DNA from: a virus
DNA length: 64,000 nt
IMG/VR virus record: IMGVR_UViG_3300027280_000002
Location: 47,330-111,329 of that record
Strand: one strand, 5' to 3'
Shown: piece by piece, positions 1 through 9,988 of the stretch
Layout of the letters: each line of letters opens with the position of its first letter
Position numbering within the stretch: the stretch's first letter is position 1
The notes under the pieces: model-generated
What the model was told of the DNA's origin: nothing
Databases searched by the model: none
Seen by the model: the letters and a program-made list of their open reading frames with translations, nothing else
Program-made: the position numbers and the translations under genes

Positions 1-1
1 A

Positions 2-559
2 AAGAAAGAAACATGGGATGAACAAGCTAGGTTGCTAATTAAGTATTTTAATGCAAGAGCCTTGTGTGAAAATGATGAAATATCTTTTATTGACTATATG
101 ATTAGTAAAGGAGATGCTCATTATTTAGAAAGACAACCGGAATGGTTAAAAGAAATAGTACCAAACACTACGGTTAGGCGTGATTATGGTATACATAGAT
201 CTTCAGAAAAAGTAAGGGACTTCCTGCACGGATGTCTTAAGAAATATACGGAAGATGTTATACATACTGAACTTGATGATGAAGGGGAAGTAATCTCATC
301 AGTAAAAGGTATGTCTAAAATATTAGATCCTGTATTACTAGAAGAGATGATACAATATAATGAGACTGGTAACTTTGATAGAATTATTGCAGCTGAGTTA
401 GCAATAGGATTAGCAATGAAACTAGATCCAATGATAGGTAGGGTTGGGGCAAAGGAAGATGAGAGAATAACCTCACTTTACAAAACAAATAAAAAAAATA
501 TTCTTTTTACCGAGTCACGAGGGCTTTTTGGAAGGAAAAAAAATAAACTTTTTTCATAA
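2..559 (+). CDS. terL: Terminase large subunit, C-terminal nuclease part (5'-truncated by window edge)
   Basis: Frame is open from position 2 (KKETWDEQARLLIKYFNARALCENDE...GNFDRIIAA). It resembles the crAss-like TerL C-terminus and lies directly upstream of the portal with a TAATG overlap. Confidence 0.85.
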   Translation, partial: KKETWDEQARLLIKYFNARALCENDEISFIDYMISKGDAHYLERQPEWLKEIVPNTTVRRDYGIHRSSEKVRDFLHGCLKKYTEDVIHTELDDEGEVISSVKGMSKILDPVLLEEMIQYNETGNFDRIIAAELAIGLAMKLDPMIGRVGAKEDERITSLYKTNKKNILFTESRGLFGRKKNKLFS

Positions 560-3135
560 TGGCAATTATAAGATATACAAAAGATGCATCTATAAGGTAT
601 GCGTACCTTAACATCTTTCCTGATCAGTTTAAAACTGAAAAACAAAAAAAAGATGATAGTTGGGTTAAAAACACTATGGATTACTTTGCAAATCAATCAT
701 ATGCAATGTATGTTAGAAATAGAGACACCTTTGTAAAGAACTATGATTTAATGAAAGGTGTTCTCCGTAGAGAAGACTTTTATCAAGAACCAGAAGTAAG
801 AAGTTTCACTGATCAACTTACTACAGATATAGATTTACCAGCATACGTTAAAATGTATTCTATAGTAACTACACCTGTTAACGAATTAGTCGGAGAGATA
901 TCTAAACGTCCAGACTCATTTAGAGTTAAGGCTTTTGATGATGATAGTCAAGCAGAAGAGTTACAATTTAAAACAGACACATTACAGAAATATGTAATAA
1001 CTAAAGTAAAAGAACAAGTAGTGGCAAAAGCTGCTATGGCTGGTGAAGAAATATCAGAAGAAGATATTGAAAAGATAACCTTTGAACAAGTTAAGGATCA
1101 ATTAGATAGTTATACATCTGTTGCAGAAAAATGGGCTAATCATGTATTAACTGCTCAAAAAGCAGATTTTAACATTAAAGAAAAGTCAGAAGAAGCATTT
1201 AGAGATCTTCTTATATCTGCAAGACAGTTCTATCATATCTATGAAGACAATTCTAGATTAGGATATAACATTGAGGTTTGTAACCCTAAGAACACTTGGT
1301 TCTTAACTACTCCTGATAAGAAATATATATCTGACCCTACAGGAAGAAAACAGGGAGCTTATGCTGCTGGTACTGTACAAGTTATGGAACTTTCAGAAAT
1401 AATTGAAGCTATTCCAGAATTAACAAAAGAAGAAATAGATCACTTAAGAACTTCACTACAGGATTACGGATTAATAAATGCTAGAGAATCTAATTTAGAT
1501 AATCCTGGTGTAACTCCAGGTAATGATTCTATTACATACGACACGTATGATCCATTGGTTTTACAAACACGTATGATTATTGAATCAGAAATGAAAGAGA
1601 ACGATGATGGTTTAAGAGACTTTCTTGGATTAACGAACAATGTATCTTCTTTTGGATATAAGTATGTTGTAATAAGGTCTTATTGGGTTTCTAAAAAGAA
1701 GATAGGTAAGTTAATATATATAGATGAGTTAGGTAACGAACAGTCTGTGCTAGTAGATGAAGACTATAAGTCAGGAACAATGCCTACACAACAGTCATTA
1801 GAGTGGGGTTGGATTAATCAATGGTATCAAGGAATTAAAATTGGTCCAGACATCTATCATGTTAGACCTTATAAGCTTTTAGATTACTGCCCAATCATTG
1901 GTACAGTTTATGAGCAAAAGAACACAGAGGCAAAATCATTAGTAGATTTAATGAAACCTTTCCAAACTATATATAATGTTTGTATGAATCAATTATACAA
2001 ATTATTAGAGAAGGAAGTTGGTAAGGTACAATTAATGTCACTAAGACATATCCCAGTTCCTAAAGACGGAGATGCACAAGATGCTATTGACATCTGGGAA
2101 ATGGAAGCACGTAATAGAGGAGTGGTATTTGTAGATGATAGTCCAGAGAATTTAAAAGCTCCAAGTTCATTTAATCAATTTAGTTCATTAGATCTTACAC
2201 GTACACAAGAAATACAATCACGATATACCTTAGCTCAGCAAATGAAGATTGAATGTTGGGAACTTATAGGTATGTCTAAACAGCGTATGGGTACTGTAGC
2301 TGCATCAGAAACAGCCACAGGTACAAATACAGCAATGCAACAAAGCTACTCTCAAACAGAGCCTCTATTTGTTGCACATGAATATGTTCAAGGGCAGTTA
2401 TATCAAGCAATTGTAGATGCTGCTTTATATACTGAAAGCCATAAACCACAATCTACATTATCATACATAACTAATGAAGGAGAATCTGCATTTGTACAAG
2501 TAAATGGAAGTGACCTATCGTTACGTGACCTTCAGGTATTTTTAACTAATAGACCAGAAGACACTCAAATGTTTAATGAACTTAGACAATTGTCTCAAGC
2601 TATTATACAAAATGGTGGTACATTATATGATGTAATTGAATTATATAGTACTAAATCAATGAGAGAAATGAAAAAGACTTTCAAAGATCTTAGAGATAAA
2701 CAAGAACAGCAACAACAAAAACAGATTCAACTTCAAGAACAACAACAGCAAGCTCAGCAGCAACAAGCTCAAGCAGCCCTAGAACAAGCTGAAAGAATGA
2801 AGATGGAAGAACAAGTTAACGAAGATAGACAGAATGATCTGGACAGAGTTAATAAAAAAGAAGTTGCTCTTATTAATGCTATGGCTAAAGGAACAGAAGT
2901 TGGGGCAGATATGGATAATTCAGGTGCCCCTGATATTGTAGAACTTTCTAAATTAGAAGCTGAGACTAATAAAGCTAATAAAGAATATAAAGGAAAGATG
3001 GCAGAAATTGATAATAGAAATTCTTTAGCACAACAAAAGTTACAATTGGAAAGAGATAAAATAAAATTAGCTCGTGAAAATCAGGCTAATGATCTAGCTG
3101 TAGCAAAACAAAACGCAAAAGGTCGAAATAAATAA
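559..3135 (+). CDS. Portal protein (crAss-like)
   Basis: 858 aa, follows TerL, with segments such as KSLVDLMKPFQTIYN and IGMSKQRMG and a Q-rich C-terminal coiled coil typical of crAss-like portals. Confidence 0.88.
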   Translation: MAIIRYTKDASIRYAYLNIFPDQFKTEKQKKDDSWVKNTMDYFANQSYAMYVRNRDTFVKNYDLMKGVLRREDFYQEPEVRSFTDQLTTDIDLPAYVKMYSIVTTPVNELVGEISKRPDSFRVKAFDDDSQAEELQFKTDTLQKYVITKVKEQVVAKAAMAGEEISEEDIEKITFEQVKDQLDSYTSVAEKWANHVLTAQKADFNIKEKSEEAFRDLLISARQFYHIYEDNSRLGYNIEVCNPKNTWFLTTPDKKYISDPTGRKQGAYAAGTVQVMELSEIIEAIPELTKEEIDHLRTSLQDYGLINARESNLDNPGVTPGNDSITYDTYDPLVLQTRMIIESEMKENDDGLRDFLGLTNNVSSFGYKYVVIRSYWVSKKKIGKLIYIDELGNEQSVLVDEDYKSGTMPTQQSLEWGWINQWYQGIKIGPDIYHVRPYKLLDYCPIIGTVYEQKNTEAKSLVDLMKPFQTIYNVCMNQLYKLLEKEVGKVQLMSLRHIPVPKDGDAQDAIDIWEMEARNRGVVFVDDSPENLKAPSSFNQFSSLDLTRTQEIQSRYTLAQQMKIECWELIGMSKQRMGTVAASETATGTNTAMQQSYSQTEPLFVAHEYVQGQLYQAIVDAALYTESHKPQSTLSYITNEGESAFVQVNGSDLSLRDLQVFLTNRPEDTQMFNELRQLSQAIIQNGGTLYDVIELYSTKSMREMKKTFKDLRDKQEQQQQKQIQLQEQQQQAQQQQAQAALEQAERMKMEEQVNEDRQNDLDRVNKKEVALINAMAKGTEVGADMDNSGAPDIVELSKLEAETNKANKEYKGKMAEIDNRNSLAQQKLQLERDKIKLARENQANDLAVAKQNAKGRNK

Positions 3136-3153
3136 GTAAATAATTACATTCAT

Positions 3154-3183
3154 TATAGCACGAAAATAGTTAATGCTATATTA
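3154..3183 (+). promoter_or_regulatory. Inverted repeat TATAGCA-N13-TGCTATA containing TGCTATATTA
   Basis: Intergenic dyad at 3154-3160/3174-3180. TGCTATATTA recurs intergenically at 59431-59440. Confidence 0.45.
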
Positions 3184-3216
3184 TCTCGAATATTTATAAA
3201 AATACATAAATAAAGT

Positions 3217-3255
3217 TTTGTAAATCAATATGACTGAATTAACTTTACAGTCATA
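3217..3255 (+). promoter_or_regulatory. Bacteroidota-type promoter candidate overlapped by an 8-bp dyad
   Basis: TTTG 3217-3220, 19 nt spacer, TAACTTTA 3240-3247 (consensus TAnnTTTG). Perfect inverted repeat TATGACTG 3229-3236 / CAGTCATA 3248-3255. Confidence 0.55.
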
Positions 3256-3295
3256 CAAGTAAAAAACCAAGTTTTAATAAAAAAAATAACTACAT

Positions 3296-4570
3296 ATGTC
3301 TGATAATTTACAGCCACAAGGTAACTTTGGCATCCAAGATACCGTAAATATGGGATCTGGAGATGCACAATTGCTAAATGATTTAATGGCTCCAGAAACT
3401 GCAAGTGGCAGTCCTGAGACCGTTGAACCAATAATAAAAGAAACTGAAGATGTTATACCAGCTACACAGGCACCGAAAGGTAAGGATATTATTCCTCCTA
3501 AAAGTGTAGATGGAAAAACAGATGAAGAAAAGCAAACAGGGGAATCTCTTATTTCTGATTTTTTAAGTAATGATCCTGATGCAATTGAGGAAGAAGAAGT
3601 TGAAATTGATATACCTGAAGTCGAAGAACCTAAAGATGTTCTTGATGAAGTGGTAAACGATGAAGAAGCTGAAGTTGGTTCTGCAAACTTTGAAGCACTA
3701 TCAAAAGATCTATTTGATCTAGGGGTGTTTAATAAAGAAGAAGGAGAAGAAGTAAGCATTGAAACTCCTGAAGATTTTTTAGCTCGATTTGAATCTGAAA
3801 AGAAAAAAGGAGCACAAAGTTTAGTCCAAGACTTTATAGGTCAATTTGGAGAAGATTATCAAAATGCATTTGAGTCCATCTTTGTAAAAGGTGTAGATCC
3901 AAAAGAATACTTTGGAGCATATAACCAGATAGTAAATTTCTCTGAAATGGATCTATCCAAAGAAAACAATCAAAAGCAAGTAATGCGTGAAGCACTTCTT
4001 GCACAAGGATTTGAAAAAGAAGACATAGGTAAAGAAATAGAGAGATTAGAAAATTACGGTGATCTCGAAACAGTATCTACTAGACATCATAAGGTGCTAG
4101 TAAAAAAGGAAGCTGCAAAGCTTGCGAAACTAGAAGCAAAGTCACAACAAGAGTTACAAGCAAAATCTGATATTAAAAATCAGTATGTAACAAATGTACA
4201 GGCTATACTTTCTGATAAAGTGAAAAATAAAGAGTTTGATGGTATACCTATTAACTCTAATTTAGCTAACGAACTACAAGACTTCTTAATAACAGATAAG
4301 TGGAAAACACCTACTGGAGAAACACTGACTGACTTTGATCGTTCTATTTTAGATTTGAAAAGACCTGAGAACCATGAACAAAAAGTCAAAGTAGGTTTAC
4401 TCCTTAAGATGTTAGAAAAAGATCCAACCTTATCAAGTATACAAAAAGCAGGCGTGACTAAAAAGTCAAACAAGCTATTTGGAGAAGTTGCGAGACAAGT
4501 TACTAAATCAAAAACAGTTGCTTCAACTAAAACAACGAGTAAACAGAAACCAAATTCATGGTTCATATAA
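3296..4570 (+). CDS. Acidic capsid assembly/scaffold-like protein
   Basis: 424 aa with a very acidic low-complexity N-half and helical C-half, located between portal and MCP as in crAss-like phages. Confidence 0.65.
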   Translation: MSDNLQPQGNFGIQDTVNMGSGDAQLLNDLMAPETASGSPETVEPIIKETEDVIPATQAPKGKDIIPPKSVDGKTDEEKQTGESLISDFLSNDPDAIEEEEVEIDIPEVEEPKDVLDEVVNDEEAEVGSANFEALSKDLFDLGVFNKEEGEEVSIETPEDFLARFESEKKKGAQSLVQDFIGQFGEDYQNAFESIFVKGVDPKEYFGAYNQIVNFSEMDLSKENNQKQVMREALLAQGFEKEDIGKEIERLENYGDLETVSTRHHKVLVKKEAAKLAKLEAKSQQELQAKSDIKNQYVTNVQAILSDKVKNKEFDGIPINSNLANELQDFLITDKWKTPTGETLTDFDRSILDLKRPENHEQKVKVGLLLKMLEKDPTLSSIQKAGVTKKSNKLFGEVARQVTKSKTVASTKTTSKQKPNSWFI

Positions 4571-4599
4571 TAATTATTAATTAATAAAAAACGAATAAA

Positions 4600-6165
4600 A
4601 TGGCAATTCAAACAATCCCAGGTTTAACTGGTTTTACTTATGCACGAGTAGCGTCTATGGATGCACGTGCTGTAGGTAAACTTACAGATTCAAACCACTT
4701 AGAGTCTTTTCACTCTACTGAGCCTGCAGATTATGATAAAAAGATTATCAGTCTGTATACTCAATCTTCATTGTATAGCAATGATTTCCTAGACATGATC
4801 AATAAGAGTACACCTTACTATATTGATACAAACAGTGATTCATGGAAATGGAACATTGCAGTACCTTACAAATTCCCAAAAATTATTGACATTCCTAAAT
4901 CTACGCAAGATACTATTGCTGCTACAGGTAAAGTAGGAATCGATGGACAAGAGTTCGAATTAATATTGAGTTCTAACGAATTCTCTAAGAATGCGATTAT
5001 TTCTGTTGGTACACGTCAGTACGGACCACGTTTTTACGTGATCAAAGATCCACAACCATGGAACATGGGATGGATATATAAATTTACACTTGTTAGTGAT
5101 AACCCAACAGTAGATTTCGTTAATACTACATTTTTAACACAAGGTGTTGAATTAGAATTAGTAGATGCTGCAATTGGAGAATTCGATCAAGATTTATTAG
5201 GTCTTCCAAGATTAGGTGAAGAGATCACTATGTTTGAATCATTAGGTTCTGCATATGGATATGAGCACAAAATTACGGAATGGGCTGATGATAAAATGTT
5301 AAGAGACTCTTCTGGGAAACCATTAGATATTTTAGTATATGCACCACAACGACGTAATCAACTTCCTTTAAGAAGAGAAGATGTTAAGTGGGAGCCGTTC
5401 ATTGAATTCTGGATGCGTAAATCTATGTTAGAATTAAAAGTTAAACGTATGATCTGGGCTTCTCCAGGTACAGTTAAGACTAATGGTTCTAAGCAAGAAG
5501 TAAAAAGAACTTCTGCTGGTGTATACCACAGAATGAGAAATAACGGAAACTTAGTACAATACAATAGAGGTGAATTCTCTGCAAACTTGATTCGTTCAGT
5601 ATTTGGAGATTTATTCTACAGAAGAGTGGATGTTAAAGACCGTAGAGTTAAGATGTATACTAATGAGGCTGGATTCGATGTATTCCAACAAGCTCTTAAG
5701 AATGATGCACTTAATTCTGGACTTACTTTCATGGCAGATTCTGGAAACAGATATATGCAAGGTGAAGGACAGAATATCACTTATAACTTTGCATTTGACG
5801 CAATGGTTACAAGAGAAACAGGTCGTGTTGAATTGATTCACTTAAAAGAACTTGATTTACCACAAACTAATTTAGAATTTGGACAAAACATGAAATCTAC
5901 TCCAGTATTTATGGTGTTTGATGTTTCTCCACTATCTGATGGTGCAATGGTAAACAATATCCGTGAAGTTCGTATGAAGGGTGCACCTTCTATGACATGG
6001 GGTTATATTGATGGTACTCGTTCCCACTTAGGCTTTGCAAAGTCTCAAGGAATGCAGTCTGCTAACAAATTCCCAGGTTATGAATTATGGATGAAAGATC
6101 GATGTGATGTATTCATTGAAGATTTATCAAGAACTGTACTTATAGAAGAAATTCCACAGTTCTAG
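4600..6165 (+). CDS. Major capsid protein (crAss-like)
   Basis: 521 aa, expected position and size, codon bias of a highly expressed gene (TTC/AAC/CGT), followed by strong hairpins. Confidence 0.88.
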   Translation: MAIQTIPGLTGFTYARVASMDARAVGKLTDSNHLESFHSTEPADYDKKIISLYTQSSLYSNDFLDMINKSTPYYIDTNSDSWKWNIAVPYKFPKIIDIPKSTQDTIAATGKVGIDGQEFELILSSNEFSKNAIISVGTRQYGPRFYVIKDPQPWNMGWIYKFTLVSDNPTVDFVNTTFLTQGVELELVDAAIGEFDQDLLGLPRLGEEITMFESLGSAYGYEHKITEWADDKMLRDSSGKPLDILVYAPQRRNQLPLRREDVKWEPFIEFWMRKSMLELKVKRMIWASPGTVKTNGSKQEVKRTSAGVYHRMRNNGNLVQYNRGEFSANLIRSVFGDLFYRRVDVKDRRVKMYTNEAGFDVFQQALKNDALNSGLTFMADSGNRYMQGEGQNITYNFAFDAMVTRETGRVELIHLKELDLPQTNLEFGQNMKSTPVFMVFDVSPLSDGAMVNNIREVRMKGAPSMTWGYIDGTRSHLGFAKSQGMQSANKFPGYELWMKDRCDVFIEDLSRTVLIEEIPQF

Positions 6166-6176
6166 TAACAATATCC

Positions 6177-6278
6177 GAGAAGTATCCCCTCACCCACACT
6201 GTCCCTCCTCAGAGGGGATAACTTTCTCAACAACCAGAGTGCTGAATTAACTTTCTACCTATTGAATTAGAGCACTCT
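6177..6278 (+). other. Two tandem stem-loops after MCP (attenuator, processing site or stabiliser)
   Basis: GAGAAGTATCCCCTC 6177-6191 pairs with GAGGGGATAACTTTCTC 6212-6228. AGAGTGCT 6236-6243 pairs with AGCACTCT 6271-6278. No long U-tract follows. Confidence 0.6.
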
Positions 6279-6318
6279 ACAAATAGTAATAAACCAAATA
6301 AATTAATTAAACTACATT

Positions 6319-7287
6319 ATGGGTAAATTAGGAAAAATCTCTACGATTAAAAGAGAGTATAATGGTAATCAATTACAAACACTTCAAAGTGGCTTATCAT
6401 CTCAAGGTATGACAAGAATTCCTGGAACAGGAGTTTTTAAATATCCTTATAAAGAATTAGATGGAAAATACAGAACAGGACTAGATCCTGATGCTGGTTA
6501 TATTAAACGCATAGCAGATCCAACTGAAAGAGAACTTGAAATCGAAAGAGTTACTGCTCTTAGAGACAGGTTACAATCATCATTGGGTGATATAGATTTA
6601 GGACCAAGAGCTAAGTTCTGGAATTACGGACTGTCTCAAGGAACTAATGATGATCTACATGTAAAATCTGTAAAACTTTTAGATGGTGATAATTTTTATG
6701 ACTTAAGTGTTCCTATTCAAGAAATTTGTTTTGCTTGGCTGAGAGTACATCCAACTATTGCATCTTCATACGGTGCATGGCAAAGAGGAGAATTTCCAGC
6801 TGATACACAGTTTTATGTTGTAAATGATGAAATTGAAAATCAACTTGTTTATAAAAAGAAACAGTCTATCAACAAAGCAATTGTTAAGTTTGATGGAATG
6901 AGTCCAGAGAAGAAAAGAAAAGTCGGAAGGCTATTAGGACTTCCTGTAACAAACGAATCTAAAGAAGAAGTGGTTTACAATTTAGTAGACAACATGTTAA
7001 AAGAAACCGAAATGAAAGGTGGAACATTCCAAGGATTAAATCCTATAGAAGTATTTAACAGATTTGCTGACATGAAAGAAAATTTACTCCATATAAAAGA
7101 TTTAATTAAACAAGCTATAACACACTCTATATATAGAATCAAACCAAGCGGTAAGGTTTATGAAGGAGAGTACGAAGTAGCAATGGACGAAGAAGAATTA
7201 GTAAAATATATGATTGACGAAGATAATCAAGATGACTTACTAGTACTTGAAAAGAAATTGAAATCTAAAAAACTAGCTTCTGTATAA
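6319..7287 (+). CDS. Conserved crAss-like protein downstream of MCP, function unknown
   Basis: 322 aa with clean ATG after an A-rich leader; syntenic with the conserved post-MCP gene. Confidence 0.7.
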   Translation: MGKLGKISTIKREYNGNQLQTLQSGLSSQGMTRIPGTGVFKYPYKELDGKYRTGLDPDAGYIKRIADPTERELEIERVTALRDRLQSSLGDIDLGPRAKFWNYGLSQGTNDDLHVKSVKLLDGDNFYDLSVPIQEICFAWLRVHPTIASSYGAWQRGEFPADTQFYVVNDEIENQLVYKKKQSINKAIVKFDGMSPEKKRKVGRLLGLPVTNESKEEVVYNLVDNMLKETEMKGGTFQGLNPIEVFNRFADMKENLLHIKDLIKQAITHSIYRIKPSGKVYEGEYEVAMDEEELVKYMIDEDNQDDLLVLEKKLKSKKLASV

Positions 7288-7316
7288 GAAGTTAGTTTTA
7301 ACAAACATAGTTAAAT

Positions 7317-8048
7317 ATGATACCAGTAGATAGTTTATTATATAAAATAGATCAAAAACTAAATAAACTATCAACTAACGAGCACCAACAGATTGCATTA
7401 GAAGACAAAATCTTAAGCTTGAATGAAGCTCAGATTAAGTTGATAAAACAAAAAGTTGATGGTTTTAGTGTCCCTAACCGATTAGGTTATGATGCTTTTA
7501 AAAAAAGGTATGAGGATTTACAGAATCTAGTTATAGATTTTACAAATCAACCACTTACGTTAGAGGAATCTAACAAAGAATTAAATCAATGGGATGCAGA
7601 TCTTACTCTCCTAACACCTAAATACATGTTTTATGTAGATAGCTATGTGTTAGCAGACAAAGGTAGATGCAAAAATCGAAAGATATGGATTAATAAAGAT
7701 CTAAGTAAACATGGAGATCTATCTATTTTACTTAACAATGATCATTATAAACCAAGTTTTGAATATCAGGAAACCTTAAATGGCATATCCTCTAATTCAA
7801 TAAGCATTTACACGGATGGAACTTTTACTCCCACAACTATACAAGTAATGTACATGAGATATCCTGTCTATATAAATAAGGCAGGATACATTATGTTAGA
7901 TGGAACACCATCGACAGATGTAAATTGCGAACTAGAACTATACTTAGAAGATGAAATTGTAGATTTAACAGTTCAGAATCTAGCTATGTATACAGAGAAT
8001 GCTGCTGCGGTTCAAAGTGCACAATTCAGAATTCAAACAAATGAATAA
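7317..8048 (+). CDS. Tail ring (head-tail connector) protein
   Basis: 243 aa, LNEAQIKLIK N-terminus and CELELYLEDEIVDLTV C-terminal pattern typical of crAss-like ring proteins. Confidence 0.7.
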   Translation: MIPVDSLLYKIDQKLNKLSTNEHQQIALEDKILSLNEAQIKLIKQKVDGFSVPNRLGYDAFKKRYEDLQNLVIDFTNQPLTLEESNKELNQWDADLTLLTPKYMFYVDSYVLADKGRCKNRKIWINKDLSKHGDLSILLNNDHYKPSFEYQETLNGISSNSISIYTDGTFTPTTIQVMYMRYPVYINKAGYIMLDGTPSTDVNCELELYLEDEIVDLTVQNLAMYTENAAAVQSAQFRIQTNE

Positions 8049-8075
8049 TTATAACCCTAAAAAAAAGAATAAATT

Positions 8076-9212
8076 ATGAGTACATTCGCATTAACCACGT
8101 TATTCGTGGTGCCAGTAGGTCAGACAACTCTGCCTAGCACTGGTTCGACTCAAGACCTTACAAAAGGTCAAGTAGGATTTTTCAATAGCTCCTATGCTAC
8201 AGTAAACGCTGGAACAATAGCTGCTTCTCCGTATTTCTACGTAGCACAAGGTAGAGAAAACACCTATTTACAAGGATCAAAAAGATCTGACAAAATTAAA
8301 GGATGCCCAACAGCTGGTGCTTCTTGCAACTCTAACGTTACAGAATGGTACAAAGCTTCTGGTTGTGATACTGCTGCTAACCAAATTACTGACGTTACAG
8401 ACTTTAAAGTACAATGTGGTGAAATAGTAACATTAACACTACGTGCTTTTTCTAGTTATATTAATACTTTATACTTCAACGGATTTACACGTTCAGTAAC
8501 CGTACAAGCTCCATGTTGTGAATGTGGAGGTGATGTATGTACTGATGTTGACACTAACGCATTAATCAACTCTTTAATTGCTAAGTTAAACCAAAGCGCT
8601 CCTGGAGATAATCCAGATAACGTATCTTTTAAAAGTTTCTTTACTTTTGAAAATGTTGGTGGAACAATACTAAGAATCCACGGTAAACCATTAACTAAAT
8701 ATGGACAACCATGTGACGTTGCTGCATTCCCATTTGAATATGATAGAATGTACTTCAACACATTTATATATGATGGACCAGCTACTACTGCTGATTTTAT
8801 TGTTGCTGATTCTTGTAACATTGTTGCAACCTCTACCATAACTCAGACTTCTACATATCCTTCAGGACTTTCTGCTGAATGGAAACAAGCAGAAATTAAT
8901 TACTATAGCTACCAAGCTGGGTATTTAAAATCTCTATATAGAATGGGTGGATACAACGAGAACTTTGAGTCTTATGTGACTGAAGGAACTGTATATGATA
9001 GCTACTATATTCGTTTTAATGAATATGATAAAGGAGCATACCAATGGGGTGACTATATCCATCAAGATTCTATCGTGATGATTGCTGTCCCAAATGAAGC
9101 GTCAGTTGCTGGTATTGCTACTGCTGTAGAGGCTGTCTTAGTTGGAGCTTTAGGGCCTGTTGTTGATAACAATGAGTGTATCACAACTACAACTACTACA
9201 ACTGCTGCTTAA
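8076..9212 (+). CDS. High-copy structural protein, likely auxiliary capsid protein, with C-terminal Thr tail
   Basis: 378 aa, MCP-like codon bias, followed by a strong terminator; synteny with the crAss auxiliary capsid gene; ends NNECITTTTTTTAA. Confidence 0.6.
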   Translation: MSTFALTTLFVVPVGQTTLPSTGSTQDLTKGQVGFFNSSYATVNAGTIAASPYFYVAQGRENTYLQGSKRSDKIKGCPTAGASCNSNVTEWYKASGCDTAANQITDVTDFKVQCGEIVTLTLRAFSSYINTLYFNGFTRSVTVQAPCCECGGDVCTDVDTNALINSLIAKLNQSAPGDNPDNVSFKSFFTFENVGGTILRIHGKPLTKYGQPCDVAAFPFEYDRMYFNTFIYDGPATTADFIVADSCNIVATSTITQTSTYPSGLSAEWKQAEINYYSYQAGYLKSLYRMGGYNENFESYVTEGTVYDSYYIRFNEYDKGAYQWGDYIHQDSIVMIAVPNEASVAGIATAVEAVLVGALGPVVDNNECITTTTTTTAA

Positions 9213-9245
9213 TAAAAAAGTATATATAATACAATACTAACCTAT

Positions 9246-9292
9246 AATACCAGAGGTGTGAGGATAATACTCAATCCTCTGGTATTTTTTTT
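9246..9292 (+). terminator. Rho-independent terminator
   Basis: AATACCAGAGG 9246-9256 pairs with CCTCTGGTATT 9276-9286, followed by a T-run. Confidence 0.85.
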
Positions 9293-9302
9293 AAATAAAT
9301 TT

Positions 9303-9869
9303 ATGGCAGCTAATTTTCAGTTAGATCTTATTGTTCCTCCAAGTTATAGTGTAAATCTACTTGCTGTTACAGATGCATCTGTCTATCCAGACAGCCCTCC
9401 TGTAGTATCAGCACCTAGTATTGAGATTCAAATTCCTGGATTTGGAACAAAGATAATCCCTTTTATACCTTTAGATACAAACATTTTTGCGTCAGATACC
9501 TTAGGCATTACTGAAGCTGGATGTAAACAACCTATTCCAGATGGAATTTACCATTTGAAATATTCGGTTGCACCTTCATATTTAAACTATGTTGAGAAAA
9601 CAATTATGCGCATAGACAAACTTCAAGAGAAATTTGACAATGCATTTTTAAAACTTAACATGATGGAGTGTGCTAGTGAAATAAAAACACAGTCAAGTGT
9701 TACATTAAATACAATTAATTTCTTTATTCAAGGCTCTGTAGCAGCTGCTAACAATTGTGCTGAAAAGGAATCAACAACATTATATAATCAAGCTAGTAAC
9801 ATGCTTGATACATTTATAAAATCAAACTGTGGTTGTACAGGTAACAACTACACAATAAACTTTCATTAA
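9303..9869 (+). CDS. Tail hub-like structural protein (188 aa)
   Basis: The track's start at 9258 lies inside the terminator, so ATG 9303 (MAANFQLD) is preferred. Contains IPDGIYHLKYSV; position matches the crAss tail-hub gene. Confidence 0.6.
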   Translation: MAANFQLDLIVPPSYSVNLLAVTDASVYPDSPPVVSAPSIEIQIPGFGTKIIPFIPLDTNIFASDTLGITEAGCKQPIPDGIYHLKYSVAPSYLNYVEKTIMRIDKLQEKFDNAFLKLNMMECASEIKTQSSVTLNTINFFIQGSVAAANNCAEKESTTLYNQASNMLDTFIKSNCGCTGNNYTINFH

Positions 9870-9871
9870 TT

Positions 9872-9970
9872 ATGGCGCAATGTGCAGGATGTGGAGCTCA
9901 GGTGGGATGTGGTTGTAGACTAAGTAACGGTCTATGCAGCACCTGTCAGCCCAAAGTAAATAAAAAGTAA
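9872..9970 (+). CDS. 32-aa Cys-rich microprotein MAQCAGCGAQVGCGCRLSNGLCSTCQPKVNKK
   Basis: Starts 2 nt after the previous stop and fills the gap to 9989. Six Cys in a CxxC-x5-CxC-x6-CxxC pattern. Not in the ORF track. Confidence 0.7.
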   Translation: MAQCAGCGAQVGCGCRLSNGLCSTCQPKVNKK

Positions 9971-9988
9971 AGTAAAAAAGTAAGACAT

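Noticed and set aside
2695-2790. Poly-Gln stretch in the portal
   Set aside because: Expected coiled-coil region of crAss-like portals.
7269-7299. Hairpin AAAACTAGCTTCT/AGAAGTTAGTTTT over the stop of 6319
   Set aside because: AT-rich stem with no free U-tract; too weak to call a terminator.
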